Source of the DNA: Campylobacteraceae bacterium
GTDB lineage: Bacteria > Campylobacterota > Campylobacteria > Campylobacterales > Campylobacteraceae
Length of the DNA stretch: 47,346 nt
Reading direction: 5' to 3'
Assembly (NCBI GenBank): GCA_031259875.1
Contig: JAIRKW010000118.1
Location: 1 to 47,346, forward strand
The notes under the pieces are model-generated. The model was not told the DNA's origin. It made no database searches and was given only the letters and a program-made list of their open reading frames with translations. The translations under genes and the position numbers were made by a program. Position 1 is the first letter of the stretch, and every line of letters starts with the position of its first letter. Below, one piece after another: positions 35,896-44,770 of this stretch.

Positions 35896-35965
35896 ACATA
35901 TAATACTTCTTAAATTATATAATTTGTCATAAGAAAGTTTAATAATTAATAAAGGAAGTACCAAA

Positions 35966-38068
35966 ATGAAAATCAAAAGTCTCTACATAACATCTTTAGA
36001 GCCTTATTCGGGAACACTCTTTGTTAGTATGGGTTTTATGGACATATTGAGGCGCAAAGTCAAAAATATAGCCTTTTTCAGACCTGTAGTTCTCTCAAAA
36101 GAAGAGGACAATATCACTTCATTTATGCTTAAACATTATAAACTTGATATGACAGTCGAACATGCTTTAGGCTTTACTCTTGATGAAGTCAAATCTGCTG
36201 CTGCCAAAGGTAAACTGAGCGAATTAACACAAAATCTTATAGCTAAGTTTAAAGAGTTTGAGCAAAGATATGATTTTGTTATATGCGGAGGCATTGAACG
36301 CTCTTTACTGCCATCAACTTTTGATTTTGATATCAATCTTGAGTTTGCAAAACATTTAGGTACTCCTGTTGTCAACATTATAAGTGGCAAAGAGCGAAAA
36401 ATGACACAAATAGCTGAAGTCGTAAATATAGAAACCAACATTATCAAAAAAGCCGACTGTACACACTTCAGCACTTTCATTAACCGTCTTGATACAAATA
36501 CTCTTAAAGAGTTAAAAGCAAATAAAAAGGAGTTATTTCAAACAAGCGTACCTGTATATATGCTGCCTGAAGTGGAAGAGTTAAACAGCCCAACGATTGA
36601 AGATATCAAAAATACTCTTAAATGTAAATTTATTTTTGGCAAAAAAGAGGATTTGCGCCGTGTAGCAAAACAGATAAGAGTTGTCTCAACTACTATAGAT
36701 ACCATGCTGACATTCCTTCAAGAAGGCGACCTTATAATCACAGGAGGCGACAGATCGGATATTATTTTAGCAGCAATTATGGCAAATAATTCCGGAGCTT
36801 ATCCGATGATAGCAGGCATTCTTTTAAGCGGAAATATACTTCCTAAAAGCTCATTTTTGAAGCTTATAGAAGGTTTTTCGAAAATATCCATTCCCATCTT
36901 AAGCGCAGATGGCGATACCATCTCGACATTATTGAAAACAAAAGATATTCAGCCACAGATTAAGCCTGCAAATGAACGTAAAATCGCTCTTATATCGGGA
37001 CTTTTTAATAAATATGTAAAAACCGATGAAATAGAAAAAAACATAGATACTGCAAACGCTCCTGCGGCAATGACACCGATTATGTTTGAACATACTCTCT
37101 TTGAGAGAGCCAGACAAAACAGACAGAGAATTGTTTTGCCGGAAAGCAATGACGATAGAATACTGCGTGCGAGCGAAATACTTCTAAGACGTGATGTAGC
37201 TGATATTATACTTTTGGGTAAACCTGAAGAAGTTACGCGAAGAGCCTCAAGTCTTGGTATAGATATAAAAAAAGCAACAGTTATTGAGCCGGAAAAATCC
37301 GCATTTATGGAGCAGTACATAAACGATTTTTATGAATTAAGAAAATCAAAAGGCATAACATTTGAACAAGCCCGTGAAATAATGCAAGACTGCAGTTATT
37401 TCGGCACAATGATGGTTTATAAAGGCGATGCAGACGGTATGGTATCAGGCGCAATACACACTACAAGCGATACTATTCGTCCGGCTTTGCAGATTATTAA
37501 AACAAAGCCGGGTATCTCTATTATCTCAAGTGTATTTTTTATGTGCCTTGACACAAAAGTACTTGTTTACGGAGATTGCGCTATAAATAAAGACCCAAGT
37601 GCGGAAGAGCTCGCACAAATTGCCGTATCTTCAGCCGATACGGCAAAAAGTTTCGGTATAGAACCAAAGGTCGCTATGCTCTCCTACTCAACAGGAAATT
37701 CCGGCAGCGGTGAAGAGGTAGAAAAAGTAAGACTTGCTGCAAAACTTGCTAAAGAAAACCATCCTAATCTGCCAATAGAGGGTCCTATACAATACGATGC
37801 CGCGATAGATCCGATTGTAGCCAAAACAAAACTGCCCGATAGCAAGGTAGCGGGAAGTGCCAGCGTGTTTATTTTTCCCGACTTAAATACAGGCAATAAC
37901 ACTTATAAAGCAGTTCAGCGCTCATCAAACGCTTTAGCTATAGGTCCGGTGCTTCAAGGACTTAAAAAACCGGTCAACGACTTAAGCCGCGGTTGTCTTG
38001 TGGCAGACATAGTAAATACGGTCGTCATCACTGCTATTCAAGCAGCTCAAATCAAAACGGAGCAGTAA
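35966..38068 (+). CDS. pta: phosphate acetyltransferase (long form with N-terminal regulatory region)
   Basis: AAGGAAG SD. 700 aa with a C-terminal PTA_PTB domain (IVLPESNDDRIL, DADGMVSG, YSTGNSG, GPVLQG). Confidence 0.9.
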   Translation: MKIKSLYITSLEPYSGTLFVSMGFMDILRRKVKNIAFFRPVVLSKEEDNITSFMLKHYKLDMTVEHALGFTLDEVKSAAAKGKLSELTQNLIAKFKEFEQRYDFVICGGIERSLLPSTFDFDINLEFAKHLGTPVVNIISGKERKMTQIAEVVNIETNIIKKADCTHFSTFINRLDTNTLKELKANKKELFQTSVPVYMLPEVEELNSPTIEDIKNTLKCKFIFGKKEDLRRVAKQIRVVSTTIDTMLTFLQEGDLIITGGDRSDIILAAIMANNSGAYPMIAGILLSGNILPKSSFLKLIEGFSKISIPILSADGDTISTLLKTKDIQPQIKPANERKIALISGLFNKYVKTDEIEKNIDTANAPAAMTPIMFEHTLFERARQNRQRIVLPESNDDRILRASEILLRRDVADIILLGKPEEVTRRASSLGIDIKKATVIEPEKSAFMEQYINDFYELRKSKGITFEQAREIMQDCSYFGTMMVYKGDADGMVSGAIHTTSDTIRPALQIIKTKPGISIISSVFFMCLDTKVLVYGDCAINKDPSAEELAQIAVSSADTAKSFGIEPKVAMLSYSTGNSGSGEEVEKVRLAAKLAKENHPNLPIEGPIQYDAAIDPIVAKTKLPDSKVAGSASVFIFPDLNTGNNTYKAVQRSSNALAIGPVLQGLKKPVNDLSRGCLVADIVNTVVITAIQAAQIKTEQ

Positions 38069-39265
38069 ATGAAAATATTAGTAATTAATTCAGGCAGTTC
38101 ATCTATAAAATTTCAACTATTCTCAATGAAAGAGCGCAAAGTTTTAGCTTCAGGTTTAATTGAACAGATAGGCGAGCCTTTAGGCAAAATTAAATTAAAT
38201 TCATCACACTGCAAAGAGCCGGTAATACAAAAGCTTGTGATACCCAACCACGAACATGGTATAGAGATAATATCATCATTTTTGATTGACAATAAAATCA
38301 TCAAAAGCCTTGATGAGTTAGACGGCATAGGACATAGAGTTGTACACGGCGGCGAATTTAACGAATCTCAATTGATTGACGATAATATTTTACAAGAAAT
38401 TATTAAAAATACTTCTCTTGCGCCTATTCATAACCCTGCCAATATAGCCGGTATAAAAGCTGCTGAAATAGAAGCGCCCAATGTTCCTCAAGTAGCGGTA
38501 TTTGATACGGCATTTCATCAAACAATGCCGCCATATGCTTATACATACGCTTTACCGTACGATTTATGCAAAAAGCTTCATATTAGACGTTATGGCTTTC
38601 ACGGAACTTCACACAGATATATCGCCGAAGAAGCATCAAAGATAATTAAAAAGCCGCTTAGCGAATGCAACTTCATTACGCTTCATCTTGGTAACGGTGC
38701 GAGCGCGGCAGCTATCAAAAATGGCAAATGTATCGACACAAGCATGGGACTTTCACCCTTGGAAGGACTTATTATGGGTACAAGAAGCGGTGATTTAGAC
38801 CCTGCTATTGTATTTTATCTGGAAAGAACAGAAAAATTAAAACCGCATGAACTTGATATGCTTTTAAATAAACAAAGCGGTCTAAAAGGTATCTGCGGCA
38901 CAAACGATTTGCGTGAAGTGCAAGAAAAGATGAATAACGGCGATGAGAGAGCCAAACTTGCATTTGATATGTTTTGCTATCGTATAAAAAAATATATCGG
39001 TTCATATTATGCCATTTTAGGACGAGTTGATGCGATAATTTTCACAGGCGGTATCGGTGAAAACTCTGCAAGCGTACGGCATCAATCCTGCAAAGACTTA
39101 TCACATTGCGGTATCTTAATCGACAAAAAGAAAAATGCCGAAAACAATACGCACATTGAAAACAGCAAAAGCGAAGTGAAGATACTTGTCGTACCAACCA
39201 ATGAAGAGCTTGAGATAGCCAAACTTACAGAGCATATCATTCAAAAAAGCAGCAGGATGGATTAA
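38069..39265 (+). CDS. ackA: acetate kinase
   Basis: KILVINSGSSSIKFQLF N-terminus, GFHGTSH, IFTGGIGENS. Start is 1 nt after the pta stop. Confidence 0.9.
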   Translation: MKILVINSGSSSIKFQLFSMKERKVLASGLIEQIGEPLGKIKLNSSHCKEPVIQKLVIPNHEHGIEIISSFLIDNKIIKSLDELDGIGHRVVHGGEFNESQLIDDNILQEIIKNTSLAPIHNPANIAGIKAAEIEAPNVPQVAVFDTAFHQTMPPYAYTYALPYDLCKKLHIRRYGFHGTSHRYIAEEASKIIKKPLSECNFITLHLGNGASAAAIKNGKCIDTSMGLSPLEGLIMGTRSGDLDPAIVFYLERTEKLKPHELDMLLNKQSGLKGICGTNDLREVQEKMNNGDERAKLAFDMFCYRIKKYIGSYYAILGRVDAIIFTGGIGENSASVRHQSCKDLSHCGILIDKKKNAENNTHIENSKSEVKILVVPTNEELEIAKLTEHIIQKSSRMD

Positions 39266-39276
39266 ACATCCTGCTG
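39250..39276 (+). promoter_or_regulatory. 10-bp GC-rich hairpin enclosing the ackA stop codon
   Basis: CAGCAGGATG-GATTAAA-CATCCTGCTG is a perfect stem with the TAA stop in the loop. No U-tract follows. It ends 5 nt before ATG 39282. Confidence 0.4.
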
Positions 39277-39281
39277 AAAAT

Positions 39282-40073
39282 ATGATAAAAGTTAGCGAGA
39301 TTGAGGTAAAAAATCTCATATCAAAATCAAAAATTCCATCTATAGATTTTGCAATTAATCCATACGTTGGATGCCCGCATAAATGTATCTACTGTTATGC
39401 TGAATTTATGGGAAAATTTCACAAAGAAAAATGGGGTAATTTTTTAGATGTGAAAATATGCACTAAAGCAATCAATATAGAGAAATTTAAAAACAATACC
39501 GTATTTTTAAGTTCCGTTACGGACGCGTACAATCCGTTTGAAGCAAAATATGGCATTACCAAGCAAGTGCTGGAGCAGTTTATCGCAAGTCAAGTAAAAG
39601 TAGAGATACTTACCAAATCAAATCTTGTAACGCGTGATGTAAAAATTTTAAAACAAATCCCAAATATTAGTGTCGGCTTTTCCATAAATACAACAGACGA
39701 TGTCGTACGAAAACAGATAGAGCCATACGCTTCAAGCGTACAAAAACGAATAGATGCCTTAAAAATTTTACATAATGAAGGTATTAATACTTGGGTATTT
39801 ATCTCACCGATATTTCCGAAAATTACTGATTTTAAGAACATTGTTGATATATGCCGCACATATGCCTATAGCTTCGGATTTGAAAATCTTAATCTAAAAA
39901 ACTCGTATCACATGCGAGTTTTAAATTATATACGTATCCACCATCAAAATTTACTGCCGTTGTATCAAGAGATATATGTACGCAACAATAAAGATTATTG
40001 GCAGCAAACGGCATGTGAAATTCACAGTTATTGTCAAGAAATCGGCATAGATTATTCTATACATTTTCACTAA
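39282..40073 (+). CDS. radical SAM protein (SplB/Rv2578c-like family)
   Basis: CPHKCIYC (CX3CX2C) cluster motif at residues ~31-38. 263 aa. No SD seen. Confidence 0.7.
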   Translation: MIKVSEIEVKNLISKSKIPSIDFAINPYVGCPHKCIYCYAEFMGKFHKEKWGNFLDVKICTKAINIEKFKNNTVFLSSVTDAYNPFEAKYGITKQVLEQFIASQVKVEILTKSNLVTRDVKILKQIPNISVGFSINTTDDVVRKQIEPYASSVQKRIDALKILHNEGINTWVFISPIFPKITDFKNIVDICRTYAYSFGFENLNLKNSYHMRVLNYIRIHHQNLLPLYQEIYVRNNKDYWQQTACEIHSYCQEIGIDYSIHFH

Positions 40074-40491
40074 AAAATAATTTTGCGACAGTATAAAGAT
40101 TATAATTTTAGCCGCAACTATAAACTACAGCAGCGGTTTTGTTTTTTTGCTATTGCAAGACGCAGCAATCCACTTCATTCTGATTCAGTTGGTGAGAATG
40201 TCACAAAAAATTATCGCCTCTGCAAATATTAACAATATGACATTCCAAAAAAAGCTATATTTTTTACTCCATTTAAAATAAAAAACCTGCAATCAAAATT
40301 TTAAAGATACCGAACATTTTGCGTTATTAAACTGTTTTAAGTATCAAAAGGTAATTAAAATTAGACAGTCTGTCTTTTTGTTTTATTCATTATTTGACAA
40401 AAGAGACAAATTGCCAACTGCGAAATTAATACTCTTTTTGGACTGTCATACAACAATCCAAAAAACATTGCAGAATATAAAAACTAAACCC

Positions 40492-41976
40492 TTACATGTA
40501 GGTCGGAGCATCGTTTGAAAAGAGTATTAAATCCCCTGCTTTTGTATTCTGCGCCAGCACATTCGTAAGCTGCGATTTATCTAATAAAACCATTTTATGA
40601 GCACGTGAAATCGTTTGATTAAGTATCTGTGCATTTACGCTTCCTGTAATGATGATAAGGTCAAAAATCTCATCCATTATTTTGGCAAGCTTCTCATTCT
40701 CTTCTTTCGTACTTTCTACGATTCCAGGAGTTATTAAAACTTTTCTGCCTTCATATATTTTAGCTAATTCATAGGAACTCTTCATGCCCTCAAAATTACC
40801 GTTAAAACTATCATCAAGTATGATTTTACCGTTAACATCCATCCTTTGCAAACGATGCTCCACACTATTTATAGAACTAACAGCCTTTTGTATCTCTTCA
40901 ATCTTCAATCCCAAATATAAAGCAGCATGTACACATACAGCAAGATTAACAGCATTAAAACTACCCAATAATTTAGTCTGAAACTCTACTGTTTTTTTGC
41001 CTATCTCCATAGAAAATTTCGTCCCGTCCAAATCAGCCTCAACACTCTTTATCTCGTGCCCAAATATACTTATACGTTCATCTTTGCTTGGATTAACATT
41101 CAAGCTTTTGTGCACAAAAGCCTTGAGAAGTTTAGGAGAAGAGATAAGTTCCATTTTTGTATCGCGTATAGCCTCCAAACTCTTAAAATACTCTATATGC
41201 TGTGCTCCGATTTGACTGATAATAGCAATGTCAGGTTCTAAAAATTCGGCAATCTCGCTTATATCGCCGCGCTCTCTTGCGCCAGCTTCAGCAATGTAAA
41301 TCTGCGTATTTAACGGCAGCGTTGTATTTACATCCTGTATGAGACCCACTATAGTATTAACACTGCGAGGCGTTTTGTAGCAATTGTATTTAGTTGATAA
41401 GATATGATACAGAAAATTTTTAATACTTGTCTTGCCGTAACTTGCCGTAATGGCAATAGTGTGCAGATTTTTAATCGATTTGAGTTTTTTTGAAGCTTCG
41501 TATTTATAGTAAAAAAATAGAATTTTCTCATATAAAAAACTGGCAAATAAGGCAATAAAAAGCGGCATTACAACAGCTGGAGCCTGCAAGGACGCATATT
41601 GTTTATAAGATAGAAAAAAGAGTACATCTGCAAACAATACAGCTATCGATAAAAATAAAAAAAATCGTTTGATTCTTTTTGTAAATTGCAACGGCTTGTC
41701 AAGTTTACTGCGCCAGAACAATAGTGCAAATGGATAGAGTATAAAAATATAATATAAAAAACTCTCATTATAAAATAAAACAGCGTAATACAACACCAGC
41801 GGCAGTATTAAAAAAAGCACATGCCATAAAGGTTTATTGTAATGAAAAACAGCTCTAAACGGCCTATATGAATACCACTGCATAACGCTTGAGATATAAT
41901 ATCCCAAAGCAAATACAAATGCCGTATGTACCGATAACATTAACCCCCACATACCTACAAATATCAAATCTGTCAT
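40492..41976 (-). CDS. murF: UDP-MurNAc-tripeptide--D-Ala-D-Ala ligase MurF with N-terminal polytopic membrane domain
   Basis: Mur ligase P-loop TASYGKTS at residues ~178-184 and an ILDDSFNGN motif in the C-domain. The first ~165 aa contain about 5 hydrophobic helices. ATGA overlap with the upstream hydrolase gene. Confidence 0.8.
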   Translation of the reverse strand: MTDLIFVGMWGLMLSVHTAFVFALGYYISSVMQWYSYRPFRAVFHYNKPLWHVLFLILPLVLYYAVLFYNESFLYYIFILYPFALLFWRSKLDKPLQFTKRIKRFFLFLSIAVLFADVLFFLSYKQYASLQAPAVVMPLFIALFASFLYEKILFFYYKYEASKKLKSIKNLHTIAITASYGKTSIKNFLYHILSTKYNCYKTPRSVNTIVGLIQDVNTTLPLNTQIYIAEAGARERGDISEIAEFLEPDIAIISQIGAQHIEYFKSLEAIRDTKMELISSPKLLKAFVHKSLNVNPSKDERISIFGHEIKSVEADLDGTKFSMEIGKKTVEFQTKLLGSFNAVNLAVCVHAALYLGLKIEEIQKAVSSINSVEHRLQRMDVNGKIILDDSFNGNFEGMKSSYELAKIYEGRKVLITPGIVESTKEENEKLAKIMDEIFDLIIITGSVNAQILNQTISRAHKMVLLDKSQLTNVLAQNTKAGDLILFSNDAPTYM

Positions 41977-42701
41977 TTTTTATCCTTCAAAGCCGTTTTT
42001 ACACAATCTTCTATAATATTACCTTTGTCCAAAAAGAAAAAATGGTCTCCATTGAGTTCAAAAAGAGTTGATTTTTCTATCAAAGAGTTTATTTTATGTG
42101 CCGCAATAATGGGTGTCACGTTATCATCTTTACCCCAAAATATAACTGCCCTGCCCTTATAATCTTTAAAATGCCCGCTCATATCTTCATTAACAACTTT
42201 TTTAAATGTCTCATACATAATATTATTCATACCTTTAACATCTTTGGATGCAAAAAGTGTGTAAAATCTACCCATGCCTAAAAATTTAAACATTTTGAAA
42301 AGCTTTATTTTAAAACGCACAAAAAATCTTTTTGGCAGCACTATACCGGCACTGCTGAGTAAAATAAGTATTTTCGGATTTAAAAGCAGGGCTATTTTAC
42401 CGCCAAGACTATGTCCGATAATGATTTGCGGGATTCTGTCAATAGAATACAAAAACTCCTCCACGACCTCTTTTATATCATAAGAGTTCATTGCTTCATT
42501 AATAGACGAACCGCCAAATCCCGGAAAATCAAGATAGATATGGCAATAATCTTTAAAAAAAGCTTTGAAGGAGTTCTTCATCAGCTCTTTATTTGCGCCC
42601 CAGCCGTGCAAAAAAAGGATAGAATTTTCTTTTTCTTGATTTAAAAGCAGATATGAAAAATTAAACTGTGTACCTTTAAAATTGACTTTTTTTATTGCCA
42701 T
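41973..42701 (-). CDS. alpha/beta-fold hydrolase
   Basis: HGWGAN oxyanion region, nucleophile elbow GHSLGG, C-terminal NGDH histidine. 242 aa. Confidence 0.75.
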   Translation of the reverse strand: MAIKKVNFKGTQFNFSYLLLNQEKENSILFLHGWGANKELMKNSFKAFFKDYCHIYLDFPGFGGSSINEAMNSYDIKEVVEEFLYSIDRIPQIIIGHSLGGKIALLLNPKILILLSSAGIVLPKRFFVRFKIKLFKMFKFLGMGRFYTLFASKDVKGMNNIMYETFKKVVNEDMSGHFKDYKGRAVIFWGKDDNVTPIIAAHKINSLIEKSTLFELNGDHFFFLDKGNIIEDCVKTALKDKK

Positions 42702-42702
42702 T

Positions 42703-42927
42703 TTAAGCTCTGTTTCTATTTTTCGCGTATATTTTTTCTAAAACATTGAGTGCATTTTTCAGCTTTTCATACTCTTTAAAATCCACCAATGCAGCTCTAA
42801 AATGGTTATTTTTGACAATGACGGCACATTCAATCTCGCGGGAATTGACTTTTTTTAGTATTGAGCTAAAATCTCTTACTATCTCTGTTGCCGTAAATAT
42901 CTCATCTTTATTGTAAAAAGTAGCCAT
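42703..42927 (-). CDS. Phd/YefM-like small protein (orphan antitoxin-like)
   Basis: 74 aa. The pattern IFTATEIVRDFSSILKKV...AVIVKNNHFRAALVDFKEYEKL fits the Phd/YefM N-terminal fold. AAAAGGGG SD. The stop is 1 nt before the hydrolase ATG. Confidence 0.5.
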   Translation of the reverse strand: MATFYNKDEIFTATEIVRDFSSILKKVNSREIECAVIVKNNHFRAALVDFKEYEKLKNALNVLEKIYAKNRNRA

Positions 42928-42940
42928 AAAAACCCCTTTT

Positions 42941-42968
42941 ATGTAAAATTTTACATAAAATTTTACAT
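42941..42968 (-). promoter_or_regulatory. palindrome plus tandem 12-mer, candidate operator/promoter of the Phd-like gene
   Basis: ATGTAAAATTTTACAT (42941-42956) is a perfect 16-bp palindrome. AAAATTTTACAT occurs twice in tandem (42945-42956, 42957-42968). It lies 14 nt upstream of the start codon, in a 54-bp gap. Confidence 0.4.
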
Positions 42969-42981
42969 ATTTTTTTTGAAA

Positions 42982-44019
42982 TTATGCTTTACCTTTAGCA
43001 GATTGAATAGAGTTGATATATTTATACTCAACAGCAATTTTTTTGCGTTTAGGAAGCGAACGCGCTAAATCTTGCACAAGCATATTAAACTCTTCAAAAA
43101 GATAATTTGCCAAAGAGCCAGGATTTGGGTTTATCTCATTTAAGTAGATTTTATTTTTCACCAAAAAGAAGTCGCACCGTATAATAGCACCTTCAAAAAG
43201 CGGCTCATAAATAAGTTTGAAATTTTTTCTTATCTCATCGTTTCTCATCTCTGTAAGCCTTGCTTCATAAACTTTTGCAGTTCTTGAAAAATCGAGATAT
43301 TTCTTGTCAAAATCCAAAATTAACTCTTTTTGCGGCTCTTCAATAATAGAGTAGCGTATAGTATCGCCTACTTTGCAGCCGGCAATATTGTACTCCGCCA
43401 CACTTTCGATAAACGGTTCTACTAACACTTCATCATCAAATTCAAAAGCCACATCCAGTGCATACTCAAGCTCTTTTTGTTCTCTTACTACGCTAACCCC
43501 TATTGAACTGCCAAGCCTTAACGGCTTAATGATAACAGGCAGCGCTATAGTAATATTCGGATTGTCTTTACTTATCACTTCATAATCAAGTGTCTTGACG
43601 CCAACGGCTTTGGCATATAATTTCGTGAAAAATTTATTGTAGCTAAGAACGCTTGCTTCTATATTGGGACCAATATAATTAATGCCGAAAAAGTCAAAAA
43701 GCGCGGCTATTTTTCCATCCTCACCGTCAGCTCCGTGAATAATATTAACAGCGCAGTCAAACTCTACTTTGTGCTCTTTAAATAGTTTGGTGTAGTAAAA
43801 ACCGCCATTTTTGAGTGTAAGTTTCGTATCATTCAAATATTTACCGCTGCTGAAACGTTTTGAGTTTATATCTGATGTCGGTATTAGATAAAAGTTACGA
43901 TTTTTATCGCAAAAAATATAAATAAGTTCACAAAAAATCACTTTTTTAAGAGCTATAGCACTAACTATGCTTATCTCATGCTCAAAACTCTCCCCACCGA
44001 AAATAATAGCTAATTTCAT
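42982..44019 (-). CDS. ddl: D-alanine--D-alanine ligase
   Basis: N-terminal KLAIIFGGESFEHEISI, ATP-grasp core, LNEINPNPGS near the C-terminus. 345 aa. Confidence 0.9.
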   Translation of the reverse strand: MKLAIIFGGESFEHEISIVSAIALKKVIFCELIYIFCDKNRNFYLIPTSDINSKRFSSGKYLNDTKLTLKNGGFYYTKLFKEHKVEFDCAVNIIHGADGEDGKIAALFDFFGINYIGPNIEASVLSYNKFFTKLYAKAVGVKTLDYEVISKDNPNITIALPVIIKPLRLGSSIGVSVVREQKELEYALDVAFEFDDEVLVEPFIESVAEYNIAGCKVGDTIRYSIIEEPQKELILDFDKKYLDFSRTAKVYEARLTEMRNDEIRKNFKLIYEPLFEGAIIRCDFFLVKNKIYLNEINPNPGSLANYLFEEFNMLVQDLARSLPKRKKIAVEYKYINSIQSAKGKA

Positions 44020-44037
44020 TGCACTCCCCGCAAAATA

Positions 44038-44592
44038 TTATTGAAGTTTAGAAAGAGCTTCTTTAATAAGCTCTTGAGTATCGGCACCCTTACAAGTAAA
44101 CAAAACCGCTTTTATCTTATCGCTTTTAAATCCAAGCGCCTCAAGAGCAAGTCTTGCCTCCATTTGACTTTGACTTGAAGCGTTAAGTCCGCTCTCTAAG
44201 ACAAATTCTCCAAGCTCCACCAAAATCCTCTTCGCACTCTTAAGCCCAATACCAGGCACTTTTACAAAAGTATTAGCATCCGATGAAACAAGAGCTTTTG
44301 CAAACTCTTCCGGCGTCAGCGTTGAACAAACAGCAAGCGCAGTCGATGCACCGATACCGTTTAATTTTATAAGCTGTTCAAACATTCTCTGCTCGTCTTT
44401 ATTTAAAAATCCAAACAGTAAATTTGCATCTTCACGTATAATCTGCGTAATATTTAACTCTGCCACATCCTGCTTTATAGCTGCGGCACAATGCAGTGAA
44501 ACAGCCACTTTGTAAGTTACGCCGCTAAGCGTTTTAAGATATACAAACGCAGGCTCTTTTTTGACTACGCGCCCTTCAATAGCTGCTATCAT
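44038..44592 (-). CDS. ruvA: Holliday junction DNA helicase subunit RuvA
   Basis: MIAAIEGRV N-terminus, OB domain, two HhH motifs (LNGIGASTA, VPGIGLKSAKRI), C-terminal domain III. Confidence 0.9.
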   Translation of the reverse strand: MIAAIEGRVVKKEPAFVYLKTLSGVTYKVAVSLHCAAAIKQDVAELNITQIIREDANLLFGFLNKDEQRMFEQLIKLNGIGASTALAVCSTLTPEEFAKALVSSDANTFVKVPGIGLKSAKRILVELGEFVLESGLNASSQSQMEARLALEALGFKSDKIKAVLFTCKGADTQELIKEALSKLQ

Positions 44593-44653
44593 AGTTACTC
44601 TTTTTATTAATTTTTATCTCAAATTCACCACTTGTATCAAGCAAAAGTTCGAA

Positions 44654-44662
44654 ATTATACCA
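44654..44662 (-). promoter_or_regulatory. extended -10 promoter element upstream of ruvA
   Basis: The minus strand reads TGGTATAAT (perfect TGnTATAAT), about 60 nt upstream of the ruvA ATG. Confidence 0.35.
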
Positions 44663-44770
44663 CAAATATATCTCGGCAGCATTTTCATTATTTAACGGAC
44701 AATATGAGAGGTCATACTTTGGCAGAGAAAATATACTCTTTGCGGACATGAAAATTCACCATTTTCCATA

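Noticed and set aside
40435-40464. Inverted repeat TTTTTGGA ... TCCAAAAA just downstream of murF as its terminator
   Set aside because: Only 3 G/C pairs, a 14-nt loop and no U-tract after the stem on the murF strand. Too weak to call.
41973-42927. Phd-like ORF plus hydrolase as a classical type II toxin-antitoxin cassette
   Set aside because: The downstream partner is an alpha/beta hydrolase with an intact GHSLGG elbow, not a known toxin fold. The pair appears fixed between ddl and murF rather than mobile. It is kept as an open question in the findings, not called TA.
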